Shown: positions 37,201 to 50,200 of the stretch, one piece after another
How the letters are laid out: each line of letters begins with the position of its first letter
Numbering within the stretch: the stretch's first letter is position 1
Source of the DNA: Ramazzottius varieornatus
Lineage: Eukaryota; Animalia; Tardigrada
Assembly: GCA_001949185.1 (NCBI GenBank)
Contig: BDGG01000004.1
Location: forward strand, 955,620-1,019,619
Length of the DNA: 64,000 bases
Direction of reading: 5' to 3'
The notes under the pieces: generated by a model
Told to the model about the DNA's origin: nothing
The model's input: only the letters and a program-made list of their open reading frames with translations
Databases searched by the model: none
Program-made: the position numbers and the translations under genes

Positions 37201-40200
37201 TGATGCCTCGGTCGACCCTTCACGAAGTCCTGAGTTCATCCGGCAGCCAGAAGACGTCTTCATTACATCCAAGACAAAGGTAGCCACTCTGACCTGCACG
37301 GCACGTCATGCTTCGCAAGTCACTTTCAAATGCAACGACGAATGGGTTCGACCGAAATCCGTCCGAAACGACATCCGTGTTGACCCTCATACTCAGACGC
37401 GGTATATCGAGTCGGAAATCACGATTACTCGCAGCCAGGTAAATTACCATAGTTTGCAACAGTGTGGCGCAGGCGTCCAGTGGGTTACACTGCGATCCTG
37501 CGCCACATGTTAAAAGAAGTAACCTTGCCTTGTTTGTTTCCGAGCTCCCAATTTGTTTCGAGTTCGAAAGACTTTTCACATCAGTACTTTTTCTTGACCT
37601 GATATTCTTTTCTTGTGTCATTTTGTACGACAAAATGTCTGTTTTTCCAGGTGGAGGAATATTTTGAGTTATATCGATGCGTATGCGTCGCTTGGTCGGG
37701 ACCGAAGACGATGGTGGAGAGTCAACGCGCAAAAATTCAAATTGCCTGTAAGCATTTCGTGGGCCTAATAAGCCTGCTGATTCTTGGCTTGGCGGGATGT
37801 GAAGTGTTGGCCTGTGTTTATTGTTCTTGTTTGTCGTCGTCACAGATTTACGCAAGTCGTTCCAGCGCGAGCCGACGCAGACCAGCGTGGAAGCCGGCTA
37901 TCCCGTCCAGTTGCAGTGTCTGCCGCCGGAAGGAGCGCCGGTACCTGAAGTCTTCTGGCTGAAGGATGGCCAGCAGATCGATCCAGCCGTCCATCGCAAC
38001 TTCATCGTCTCCAACGAGGGTGGCTTGATCCTCAATCAAGCCCGCCACGAGGATGCCGGTAATTACACCTGTGGCGCCAAGAATGTGGCGGCTCGTAGAC
38101 TGAGCGCTCCTGCTCTCCTTACCATATACGGTAAGCTTTTCCTTTATCTCCAGCCAACAATATCACTCCCGGTCGACAACACCGAATTTTTCCCGAACAG
38201 TAATTTTGTGCTCTTAGTGTGATTTAATTGTTTTGGGGAAGGACAACTGGAAAAAAATAGGGTGTGAGAGAAACAATCATTTGCCTACGTCTCAGTTTAT
38301 TCCCGTTAGTATTTTGAGGGCTTGGTCAAGAAATTTTTACGGGTGGGTTCTATGGACAAAGGTAGGATGTTTTGAACGGATGTTGAATGTTTGCTAAATT
38401 TTGTGGTAATTGGAGCAAAAGAAAAGGCCAGCCATAGGGCGGAAGATGATGCAATTTGACTGTTTGGAGACAAGTGTTCCCTTGAGTATTTTTAACCAGG
38501 GCTATGAATACTGTACAGAGGGTGAATTTGAGGCCGCAAGTCGCAAGACCAAACAGTGTAATAGTTATTAGATTTCCGCCCTATGATGGGGCATACAGCA
38601 CGGAGATTAGTGCCTTGGATAGCTATTAAATTGACAGACAGCATCTTAAAATCACAGTAATCTTCTTTATCTAGTCTGCGGCCTTTTATTGATGGCTCAT
38701 CCACAAAGCCAGCAGGCGGTCAGTCTAAAGTTCACCACATCACTTTTAATTCCCATCCGTATAGAGATTTGCCCTTCATCTGGCAAAGACTTTACACTGA
38801 CCATATGAACATCTTCCCAACCAGCTGAAACCAAAGCTCGCTTGTTTTGACCTCATTTAATAGCCCCGTTTAACTTCCCTCAACGGATGAGACCGAATAT
38901 GCAGACAAGGAAGAAGCAAGATTGACGAAATGTAAAAATTGTCGTTAATATTCTTTAAGTGCAGCTCCAATTTATGAGACTATGTGGAAGGGACAGTTGA
39001 CTGTCCAGTGCACAGTAAAAGGAGCGTTAAATGTCTTGTTGACAAGCCTCATGTGTTTACGGTCTTTACAGTTAACGGTGGCTGGTCAGCCTATGGAGAG
39101 TGGACCAAATGTGATGCGCGTTGTGGACGGGGCATCCAGAAGCGCTTCCGTGCTTGCAATAACCCGGAACCACAAAATGGCGGACTGCCTTGTCCGGGAA
39201 GTCCCGTCCAGAAAGCCGACTGCACCGTCATCTGCCCAGGTAAGCAAATCTTCTTAACTTCATTTACTTCTCCTGATTCCATGTCATGTCTACGCATGTA
39301 TGGCTGTGCTTCATCTCCTTGTCCTGTGCTGACCAGTCGGTGAGAGAAAATGTCTTGTGGATTATTCTTCTTTTCCTCCCTTCCGTGTAAGCTCACCTTC
39401 GTCTAACACCGCTCTAACACTTCCGGTTGCTGTATACAGGCAATGTCACAATCTTTCTGGGTCTTATTGGTATGTGCGCTTTCTCGCCACTTTCCTCTTC
39501 CCTCCTCACACTTCACTTTCCTTACATTTGAGATTCCGTTGTTTATTAAATTGAAATATATGTTTATTTTGTTGCAGCGGAAGACGGTCAGTGGTCCAAG
39601 TGGTCGGAATGGTCGAAATGTTCCTCCGACTGTATCCATCAAAAGCGACGCTCCTGCACTAATCCTCCGCCGTCCAACGGTGGCGCCTACTGCGTCGGAC
39701 CGGACTTCTCATCGGAAAACTGCACCGGCGGTATGTGTCCGCCCGGCTATGGTAAGTCCAGTCTGATTACTTTACCCCTTGATCTGACGCAGCTGGCATG
39801 ACCACTCTAGTACAGCATAAATTAGACTTTTAAATTTACGACATTCCCATACTCATCCTGTCTTTGCTTCACTATAGAACGTGGACGCTTTACACCGAAA
39901 AACGATCTGACAGAGGACGCTGATATTCGCGGTAAGTTAGCTGGATGCGCTTGATATGATGGAATGTCCGCCATGTCTTCCAGGAGGAAGGAAATGCAAG
40001 TAGAGCATTGACCAGTGAGGATTTCCGGCAAGATACCCATCTGATCCTTGAGTCAGCCGCAATGCCCAGCCGCAGATACAGACAAGCTCATTCATCCACA
40101 CAAATCGACAGTACAAACTTGAGGCTATACTTTCTTCCGTTTTAAATTATCCTCCCGACAAACGAGGAAGATGCTTAACTTGACTCTCCATTAAGTGGGA

Positions 40201-43029
40201 TGAAATGAAGCAAAAATTGACGTTATCTTTTAGATGAGTCACGGCATACAAACCAGACATAGTCATTCATTTTTGACATCTTTATCTCAACGTCACAAAT
40301 TTTTCAGAGATAAGGAAGACTCTGCGAAAGACAGTAATGGAAATCGCCTTCAGATGGGTTGACTCATGGCGAACACGGTCAAAAGCCTGATAGCAAAAAA
40401 ACCCAAGAAAAAGATGCATCCACCGCATGTTTCAAAATTAACCTCTCCTGTTTTCAGACGAGTTCAACAACGATTTCGAAACTACCTTGTCAGAAGAAAA
40501 CGCAAGCGCTCAAAAGAGGAAGCAGGTTCTCTACATCGGAGTGTCGGTCGGTGCAGTGTCGCTACTGGTCCTCGTCGCCCTGATAATCTTCCTGGTCCGC
40601 CGACGTCGAAACCAACCTATCTATGACATGCCGAATGGTGAGTCCTCCCCAGATGTTTGCGGTGTTCTGTGCCGTACGGCGTTTGTCTCGGTTTCTGTCG
40701 TTCGGTGTTCTCTCGTACTTTCTTTCAAAGCTGACAATAATGTTGTCTGCAGTGGACCTCTACTGTGCTCCTCATCTAACCAAGCCTCTCTTCCTTCCTG
40801 ACCCTAACCTTACTGACTTTAACTATAAAGGTAGCTGGGACTCTTTCTGGCTTTTCCCACTTTTCCCACTGTCTCAGTTCTTGCTACGAGACACAGTATT
40901 CGCAAAATTTACCGCCGAAATTTCTCATCAACTTCATTTTTTGACAGACAACCGAAATTACTTTGGGAATTTTGGAAAGTCCAGGGGTACCACCAGCCAT
41001 ACTGGCTTCTCCCTGAAACTTCCACCTCTGAACGGACTGGCCGGCAAGGACGCCCTTTTCGGTAGCGGCGGCTTCCATCATAACAAGGCGATCAGCGGCG
41101 GTCGACAGGCAAGTCCAGTAAAGCATACAGTACTTGACCCAAAACCCAGCATTCGCTCTTCCTGTTGTGCGCTTCCCGTATGATGTCAAGTGTGTGTAAT
41201 GCCTAATACGTCTTATCTCTCCCACAGGACGGTCACTTCCTCTCACACTTCTCCACACTAGGTGGCACCAGCCCCACACAGGACAGCCAAAGTCCGCTGA
41301 TCGAAATGAATTCCAGCAGCAACAACAGCTCTGACGGTACGCTCCACTGACAAACTCTCAAAAATCTTAGTAATTTTTCTCCCGATAAGAGTAAACAGAT
41401 TATGTTTCTGCAGTTTGTTTCAAATATTTTCTTGTTCGTTTTCAGATAGCATAATTTTTCAATTGTTCTAGGTACTTCGATCGACAAGCATATCTACAGT
41501 TCTTCATCCGAGACGCACAGCTGTATCTATACCGAGTCGGAAAAAGACACTGAAGACGGCGAGAATACTCCCCTGACCACATCCTCGTCCTTCTCAGCCA
41601 GTGCCATAAACCTGTCCGAAGAACCCAACGAGGACCTGCAAGCAGACGTCACCGCGATTTCTGACGTCACATCTGTCGGTGCTCTCATCAGTCTCCCTGC
41701 ATCTGCCGTCACAGTGACAGTTCCCGAAGGTTGCTTGTCGAAAGGAAGAAAGGCTAGATTCACCCTACAAGTCCAGCGAAACGATAGACCAAGGTTAAGC
41801 GACGCACAGCAGACACTCCTCAGCCCGGTTGTTTCCTTCTCGGTTCAGAACAACGTCCCTCTTCAGAAATCCGTAGTACTGACGTTCCAACACTGTGCAC
41901 TCCAAAGTGCTCACGAGGGTTGGCAGTTGTCCTTAATGTATTGTGATAGTGTTGAAGGTCAGTGGAGAAAGATGGCTGTGTTAGGGCTGGAAACCATCAA
42001 CACGCCCTGCTATGTTCAGATCGACAGCAAGCTCGTCCATGTCATGACGGACATTCCCGGTCGATATGCGCTGGTTGGACAGTCCAGACCGAAGTACCAA
42101 GCGGCAAAGAAAATAATGGTGGCCCTGTTCGCTCCGCAAATTCAAGTGGATGACTATTTGATCCGGATTTACTGTGTCCAAAATACCAAAGACGCTTTAC
42201 AGGTAAGAAAAGCCGATCGCGAATATTTGGAAAGGTGTGTGATATTTTCTTATTTTTTCAGGCGGTGATTAAAGAGGAAAACCAGCTGGGCGGTGTTCTA
42301 GTGGACAAGCAAACCCTTCGCCTGGAAGACAACGGCAAACCTCTTGGTCTGTGCGTGGATAATGTGGGCGAAGGATGGCAAGTCAAGTCCGACACCGGCT
42401 TCAGCTACCAAGAGATTCCCTTTAGCCACATCTGGCCCGGTCACCAGCCACTGCTCCATTCCTCCTTCTGTCTTCGACCAATCAGCTCGCTCAACTACCG
42501 ACCGTCCTGCAGTATCACCACTGGTCAACGGGACAGTCCGTACTCCTGCGCTTTACATCTGCCAGCCGACTTCGAGGACGATCCAGCGATACTTCGACCT
42601 AAGCCAGTGTATGCCAACCTGACCGCCACGCTCGTTTCCGCGCGCCACGATGCCGTTGCTACAAGAACCAACAACATCTTCCGCATACCCGCAACCACCC
42701 GAAGAAAGTTTTGCGCGTTGCTAGATGTCCCGCGAGCTCAAGGCAATGACTGGCGGATGTTGGCCCATGAATTACAAGTGGACCGGTACGTCAGTGCTGA
42801 AATCAAGAATAAAACTAATTTATTGATAAATGGTGCAAATTTTATATTTTTCTTCAGGTATATCAATTTCTTCGCTACAAAGCCCAGTCCGACAGAGTAT
42901 ATCTTGGATCTGTGGGAAGCACGCAACCGAAAAGAAACGGCCTTGTCAGATCTGGTGGCCATTCTAGAGTCGATGCAAAGAAAGGACCTGGTGGAACTAC
43001 TGCAGTCTAATTTGGCCTGCTGGATATAA
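28245..43029 (+). CDS. UNC5: Netrin receptor UNC5 (signal peptide, 2 Ig, 2 TSP1, TM, ZU5, UPA, death domain)
   Basis: Signal-peptide exon 28245-28347 (phase 1) joins the exon at 37170. Domain motifs: FKCNDEWV; LQCLPPEGAPVPEVFWLKDG; VNGGWSAYGEWTKCDARCGRG; TM at ~40530-40600; TLLSPVV; YQEIPFSHIW; GNDWRMLA..L; PSPTEYILDLWEAR. The assignment of exon 1 is less certain than the rest. Confidence 0.9.
37461..37550. repeat. Palindromic N25 element, copy J (UNC5 intron 2)
   Basis: AGTGTGGCGCAG, 25 nt, CTGCGCCACATG...TTTGTTTCCGAGCTCCCA. Confidence 0.75.
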
Positions 43030-43541
43030 AGAGCTAAACTATGTAAATTAGATTTTTTATGCGCTCCGAGTTCTTGCACCTGATGCACCGGATTCTGCGT
43101 ATTTCCTGCTGAATGTTCTTTTTTACACTTTTTTGTAACTTCTGTAAATATTGTGGACAAGTACACCGATCGACCAATTACATCTTACTTTGCCTTTTAC
43201 AGTATGCGTTGCGACTTCCGTGTTTCTTTTGACGTACCACTGTTCTTGTTTCCCATCATAACTAATCGATAAACAACACGAAACATCATTTCTCGAAAGT
43301 ACTTTGCGGGTGCGATGCACTTCATATAAATAACATTATAGTAGCGAAGTGCGCAGTCAGGTGTTCGCTACCGGCAAAACAAGGGAAAGGGCACATTGCG
43401 CTGTAACGAATCACCGCTGTCCGCGCCATAACTGGTGCCCAGAATTAGGGAAACAGAAATCCAGTTTTGCTCCTTATCACACAAAGATTCAACATACTAA
43501 AGTATCAAAAAAACATAACAAAGGACTTGTTGAGCTTAGGA

Positions 43542-45698
43542 TCATATCCATTGCTCGACAGTGTTGGCGGAAAGATCTATGAGCCTCCAGGCTGCGTGGG
43601 GATCCAGCACGTTTTGATCCCGACAAAGGACCCACACGTACGTCGTCCGCATAACCTTATCCTGCAATTAGACATTCCTCATAAAATACTGTTCTAGTTC
43701 TCACGAACAAAACCGATCGAAAGTGACACTTACTGGATCGCCTTCGACGACTTTACCATCCTTATCCTTAACGGACATGATCGACTGTGACTGAAAACTG
43801 ATGACCAGCACCGGGCCTTGTTCCATCATCTTGGCGGCGAGTAGCTCCACGTTACTGATGTCCAGTACTCTGGACTCGTAATGGTATCCCAGGGCTAAAG
43901 AAAGTAAAACAGATTAAGACATTGTTGTACAAAGAAAATGACATTCTCTTACAGCGTTCGAGGGATATGCGTACCGGCTGTCTGCTTGATCGGAGTAGAA
44001 AGGACGGAGAACGGTCCGTCATAGCACCAGTCCCGCAGTACTTCCAGGTCTCCTCTCATCATCGCTTCTAATAAGTTGGGAATAATTTCGGCATGACATT
44101 GCCTTAGGAAGGCCTCTTTGTCGAAGGAAGGGTCCACTTTGAGAATTTCCGTCAGGACTTCAGACAGTTCCGTCTTGCTAAACAGCCCACCTGAAAAATT
44201 GCGGTAACGAATAGTAACGCGAAGAACTTTCGCAGAAGTGAGTGTCAGAAAGGAAACAACGCTTAAAGTAACAAACACGACCGACTGGATTAGCTCTAAC
44301 GGGAGTGTAGTTTTCGACAGCGATGAGTTTACCCATGAGATCTGTAATTTTGTCGGTGAGCGCCCTAGCTGATCGGACGACGGGGTTCTCGCTCTCGTCG
44401 TACTTCATCTTGAACTCGAAGAGCTTGTTGACGTAAGCGTTGTCGTTCTTGAAGCTTTCCCAGCTCTGGAACCACTTGGAGTCTTTGTGAAGCTGCAGAC
44501 CGGTAGCGCTCTCGTTGGCTGCGACCGTCTTCGCTACACCTTCGCCGTCTGAGAATCCCGACAACTCGGCTCGCTTCCGTAGTTTTACTGGCGCTCTGTA
44601 AGGACCGGCTAAGGCGTTCTGCTCTAGTTGACTAGTCACAGCTTTAACACCCTGAAAGAAAGGCAGTAAGACAAGTGAAAAAAAACAACCCAGATCAACT
44701 GACGCATTACGTCACAGCGAGAACATGACAAAATACTAGGAAACTGAAGGAAGTTGCGGGGACTTCTTTGGGCTGATTCTGGACATCACAAAAACTCAGA
44801 TGGTTCTAAGGAGCACAACAGTAACATAAGTACCTTAGACAATTTCCGGACAGCTTCTGCTCCGCCGAATTGCTCGCCTTGTTTGGCGATGTTCTCAGCA
44901 GCCCCTTTCGCTTGCTGGGCAATCTTGCCGGACATTTCGCCAGCCCGTTTTCCCAGTTCCGTCTTCTGGACTTCTTCCAATGTCTCGCTCAGTTTCCCCT
45001 TTAGCTCGGAGAAGCCTTTCCGTAGTACATCCGTGCCTTTACTAGTTTCGCTCTCGATCATTTGCTATAACCACACAACACCTCAGAAATAATTTGATCG
45101 GACTATCAAATATGGCAAGAACCTTCGCAAGAATTAAATGTACGAAATTTATGGACGCACAAACTTTTTCCTTGCGTCTTTCAGAGCCTCCGACTGTTCG
45201 AGCTTGTCCGCTTCCTGACGGAATTTCTTCAGGCTCTCCTACAAGTAGATCATGTACACTAGTACACGGTATACTGAACCATCCTCAATCAAAGAAATTA
45301 CCAATTTAATCTAAACTACACTTCCTATTCCTACCTTCATTTCCTTGTTCTTGTTGAATTCATTCTGGATATTATCTATTAGTTGCCCAAAGAAGCCCTT
45401 CGGTGCTCCTTGAGGGTTATTTTGAGCGGCGTATCCTCGGATCTAAAAAGAGTACACTCATATTCAGATCATTAAGACACAACCAGACTGATAACCAACT
45501 TACCTGAAAGTCGTAGGGAAGGTGTCTCCTCCTTTCTCTAAAAACTGCATTGTAAACAGTAGTCCTGTACTCTGGCTGTCCGAATCCTGAGAAAGATCGG
45601 GAGGAGGTAACAGAAGATAAGGGTAAATCGTGAGGAGGAACGTTTGTTCGAAGACCGGCGACGTTCCTCAGCAGCCTCCACCGGACCTGCGCCGCCAT
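43542..45698 (-). CDS. TIMM44: Mitochondrial import inner membrane translocase subunit TIM44
   Basis: Arg-rich presequence MAAQVRWRLLR; LHKDSKWFQSWESFKNDN; YDESENPVVRSARALTDK; LFSKTELSEVLTEILKVDPSFD; EAMMRGDLEVLRDWC; YVWVLCRDQ..LDP.AAWRL. Confidence 0.93.
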
Positions 45699-46117
45699 TC
45701 TTCCTCCCAGATTACGCTCGTTCAGATAGACAGCTAATTCTTTCTGTCTTGTAGTCCGATCGAAGTATAAACAGACGGAAGATTTAGCCACCGGAAGCCC
45801 AAAAAACAGCCAGAAAAATGAGTCAAAAATCCAGCAGAGAAGTCAGAAGTGGATGTTGATTTCGTCAGATACAGTACATCCCACCATAAGGCGCTACAAA
45901 CCTCGATGAAACAGATTAGTCTGACGAGCTGTCGGGTCTTTTCTATCAGCATGACTGAAATCAGCTGATTCACTTTGATTGCATAACTGGGCTGATGTCG
46001 CAGGCGGCAGTCCATCGGAGGACGGCTCCGTTCTGACAAGGACTTTTGCTGACGCTTCGCTCCGCTTAGTCAGCAAAGCCAAAGCGGTACTGAACGTTCG
46101 TACTCGTACAGACGTAT

Positions 46118-46440
46118 TTCCGGTTCACACTTCACAGTATACGGTAGAGATTAAGTTGCCACTGCCGTTCCGTCTGCAACTGTAGCTACGGCCTTGCTCC
46201 ACCCTTTCGTGACGCGTAACTACATTCTGCTTTCCGGAGCTCCCCTTATTTTCGAAAAATAGTGTAATCGGAGTTACGGTTGGCTAGCATTGGGAAGCAT
46301 GGTGGTTGCCCAACTATTTAAAGTTCTGATCAGCTGCTACGCTTATGAGTGACGTTGCAACTCATCTTAGCTACAGTGGGACTTTCATCTGGCGGTGGCA
46401 ACTTAATTTCTGTAGCGTCATTCTTCACAGTGTCACCGAA
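46118..46440. mobile_element. MITE-like inverted-repeat element (third family) between TIM44 and MSTO1
   Basis: TTAAGTTGCCAC (46151-46162) / GTGGCAACTTAA (46395-46406) and ACTGTAGCTA (46179-46188) / TAGCTACAGT (46368-46377), with weaker pairing further out. Confidence 0.6.
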
Positions 46441-47248
46441 GAGCTGCTAAACCTCGCCTCCATCTGAACGTGGTGAGCCAAAATGCACAATAACTAAAAC
46501 ATTCAGCTATCAAAATGGCGCGACACCGACTCGTGAACTAGAAACCATCGCATCGAACATGGTTCCGTTGCTTTTTCAAACCCCGTGGCACGCCAAGCAC
46601 TCAATCAATCGAGGAACTAATGTACTGTGTTTCAGGTCCTGGCCGCCGGAATGGTAGATTGACTGATCTTCCGGTCTAATTACACAGCGCTTTTCTATCA
46701 GGAGCAAACTCATTACGTCATGACTAAAATCGATCCCACACTGCGCCTCGGCGATGTCAATCAAGGGCTTGATCATGCACTTTGCTCACCAGCAAGGCGA
46801 TGTTGAGCAGCACATCAGTGCATTCCTTCCAGTTCCGGATGATTTGGATCCCGTTTTTCTTCATCTCCAGTCGGAATCGCGGGAGCAGTTTCCATTTTAT
46901 GTTGTCCCAGTCTGTTTTACAGGTGTAAGTACTACAGTGCTCCTAGCTTGCGGGGCATCTTTCGTACTGCTTATCGGAGTCTATTCAAGTGTTTGACTGC
47001 ATCAATTGAAAACACGGCCAATGACAAGTTGACAACAGTTGTTGGAAAACAGTGTAGGAAGATCGAAGGAGCACAGGACGGGATTGTCGACATCGGCCTT
47101 ACGCCACCGCAAATTGAATGATATTGGAAATCTATCCCGACGTCCAGGATTTTTTTCCAGCTGACAAAGCAAGTCCAAGGTAGTGCCAGATTCAGTGAGC
47201 GAAGAAAGGAGACACCCCACACATGCCTGCATCTCCACCGGAAACGCC

Positions 47249-50200
47249 ATGCCTCACGAAATAATCAGCCTACAAATTGGCAATTACGCCAATTTTGTAG
47301 GCGCACACTTCTGGAATCTTCAGGTATGTTTTCTTTCACTTCACTAACCAATCGGTTATTTTTCTAGAAGTAGATTGAAACCATCGTTATGCCACTTTGT
47401 CGCATTCGCATATTTCGACTCATTTGGATTGTTTCCCTGCAGGAAGCCGGTTTCTCCTATAATTCTCAACAACCGACAAGTCGAGAAGTAGACGTCGATG
47501 TTCTCTATCGCGAGGGAGAAACGCTCCGAGTAAGTTTGGCAGATTTTATCCGTTTGGGAATGAAATGCATCCACCAGCCATCTTCATAGACGTGAATACA
47601 TCAAGCCGTACTTTTATTGTGTTGCGCCAGTATGCGGTTTCATGAGGAACGGGTTGCGCTTTCGTTTCCGGCTTCTTATTTCAACTTATCATCCTGTAAT
47701 CGTCTTAATTTTTAGGGCGAGTCAACGTTCACTCCGAGACTCGTTGTTTGTGACTACCATGGAAGCATTCACAGTCGTCGCGCCATAGCTGGCGGTCTTT
47801 ATCAAGACGACAACGAGATCCTGGACAAGAACGGTAACCGGATTGAAAGCGGCCAAGGCGAGAACACATCGTGGTACGGTACGCACTCCCGATAGTCAGC
47901 GGTTGCATATATCTTCTAGCGAGTACATGACTTCTACTTGTGGTTTCTTAATGCAGGGATGGTACCGTCAAGGTGGAAAAACAAAATCCGGAGGAAGACG
48001 CGCCCAATCATTTCCTTCGCGAAGTCCGCGAGTCGCATGTGAGTTAACTTAGGAGTACTTCTATTGAGTCTGTTTGCTCTCGTTTATCGGCATATTGTAG
48101 TAGAAGTGTGCCAGTATATTGATTTCTCTTTAAAGATGAATTAAGTCGTGTGTCAGAGGACATTTTAATCGAATTATTGAAAGTACGGGGAACGAGGCTA
48201 ATTTAAAGTGTCTGTTATTTGCAGAAAAGAATTCCCGTGCTGCCCAATGGACTGACAAAGCGACGTCGCCATGCCGATTACGGCTTGGAAAAGAGCGTCC
48301 GAACCTGGAGCGACTTTCTGGGTGTTGCATACCATCCACGTTCTTTGTCAACCCTTTCTAACTACTGGATTAACGAGTAAGAAAAACAGACAGATTTTGC
48401 CCTTGAAAAATATTTTTCGAAAAACAAAATGGTTTTCCGGACAAATATCTTGAGCCAGATCGTTTTCTCAAGTGGCGCACGCGTTCAGCCAATAACATTG
48501 AGTTCGTGCACCACCGAAATATCGATCTGGATCAACTCATTTGCCCACGCCCCAGTGTCAAAATATAGCTTCGATTTTCTCCTGGAAATTTCCTGTTTGT
48601 TTTTCGGCACATGGGTTCTAGTCTAGCGATGTAAATGCTCCGGCCTGACCTTGTCACTTACTCTTGACAGTTTACCGACGCCATTTGATGGCTACTCAGC
48701 TGGGCTGGAGGAGTGGCGCTCCTGCCTCAACGACTCATTACAGCAGAACAGTCTTGAAGAGTCTCTGCGGCACTTCGTGGAGGAATGCGAGAATATGGCC
48801 GGTTTCCAGTTACTTTTGGATGGTCATAACGGCTTTGGCGGGTACAGCAGTGCCTTGCTCGATCACCTCTCCGATGAATACGGCCATAAATCAGCCCTTG
48901 TCTACCCACTCTTCCCTCCCGCTCCACCGCAGTCGGTAGGTGCCTCTGATTTCGACCATTTGTCAACTCGAATTTGCAAACCGATAAACAAAGTAGTCGA
49001 AAGTGAGAAAACTGACAAAAACTATTCCATGAAACATGGAAATATCGTAGAGAAATTTCAGTCACAGCCGTGGCTAACTCTGTGAAAATGTGAAACTAAG
49101 GAAAGATTCCACATTTCTAACGTCTTAGAATGTGTCGGTTGACAGAGTTGATCCGGAGAATGATAGAAATTTTTTTAATCTGGTCTGACATTTTGTAGGA
49201 CGATGCTGAAGGTAACGCAAGGAAGGATTGTCAGGGGCTTTTCAACTACGGCCTCTTCGTGGCGAGCACAGCTTCAGGGTCTGGCAACAGTTCGACGCGC
49301 TTGCACAGTGCCTGTGTGCCGTTGAGCCTAATGAGCAAGTTAACCCGTCCACGCGAGACTCTACCCGGTCTTCCCTTGGCACATTTCCGGCCGGATTCCT
49401 TTTACCACACCAGTGCGATCCTGGCCGGTGCCATTGATTCTTTTGGTCTTGTTTACCGTCTTTCTTCCCCTGAACGCGTTCACCTGCGCGATGCCGTGGA
49501 CGCCATAACCCCACATCAACGCAAGGTGCCCTGCAATGCAAACAATTAAAAAGCACACCGTGGAAGGATATTATGTTTTTCGCGAATATAGGTGAAAGTC
49601 GTAGATTAAATGTAACCTGTGTGTTGATTTGACAGGTCGCGGCAATGTCGACCATGCTGCCCTTTCCGCTTCGTCAGAATGACTCGTTGTTCAGCGCATT
49701 GAAAGCCATTGATGCCGAATATCTGCCGGTGACCTCCTTGACGCCACATGTCAAGACTCCCTTGATCGATTCGCAGAACCGCTGTTATTCACAAATTATG
49801 AGTTTGCGCGGTGTCCCGAGGACACGCTGGCAATGGTAAGTAATGTACCTCAGCAGTCAGTGAACACCAGACACTAATTTGAATGAAACTCAGGGGCGGA
49901 ATCAATGATCATTCATTCAGTAGTTTCTGATCCTGCATGCACGTGAACCGCACGAGTTACAGGGTTCGATGTATGCAGGTGCACGAATGAATGCATGTGT
50001 TAGTTGACCAGGAATCAGCACTCGACATGCGGCAGACTTTCGTGCACCTGCGCACTCGTTCGTCACCGTGAGTGTGGGACTCTGTGTATGCAGGTGACAA
50101 AAGCTTTACTGTCTCTTTCCCATTCGTGTTTGTATGTCTGGTATGGGATTCTTGTGGGAAAGGTTATCGGACAAGACATATGTAGAGAGCAAGAAGCAAT

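Noticed and set aside
46576-47250. Small ORFs upstream of MSTO1 as a possible transposase remnant
   Set aside because: No DDE, RT or other diagnostic motif visible.
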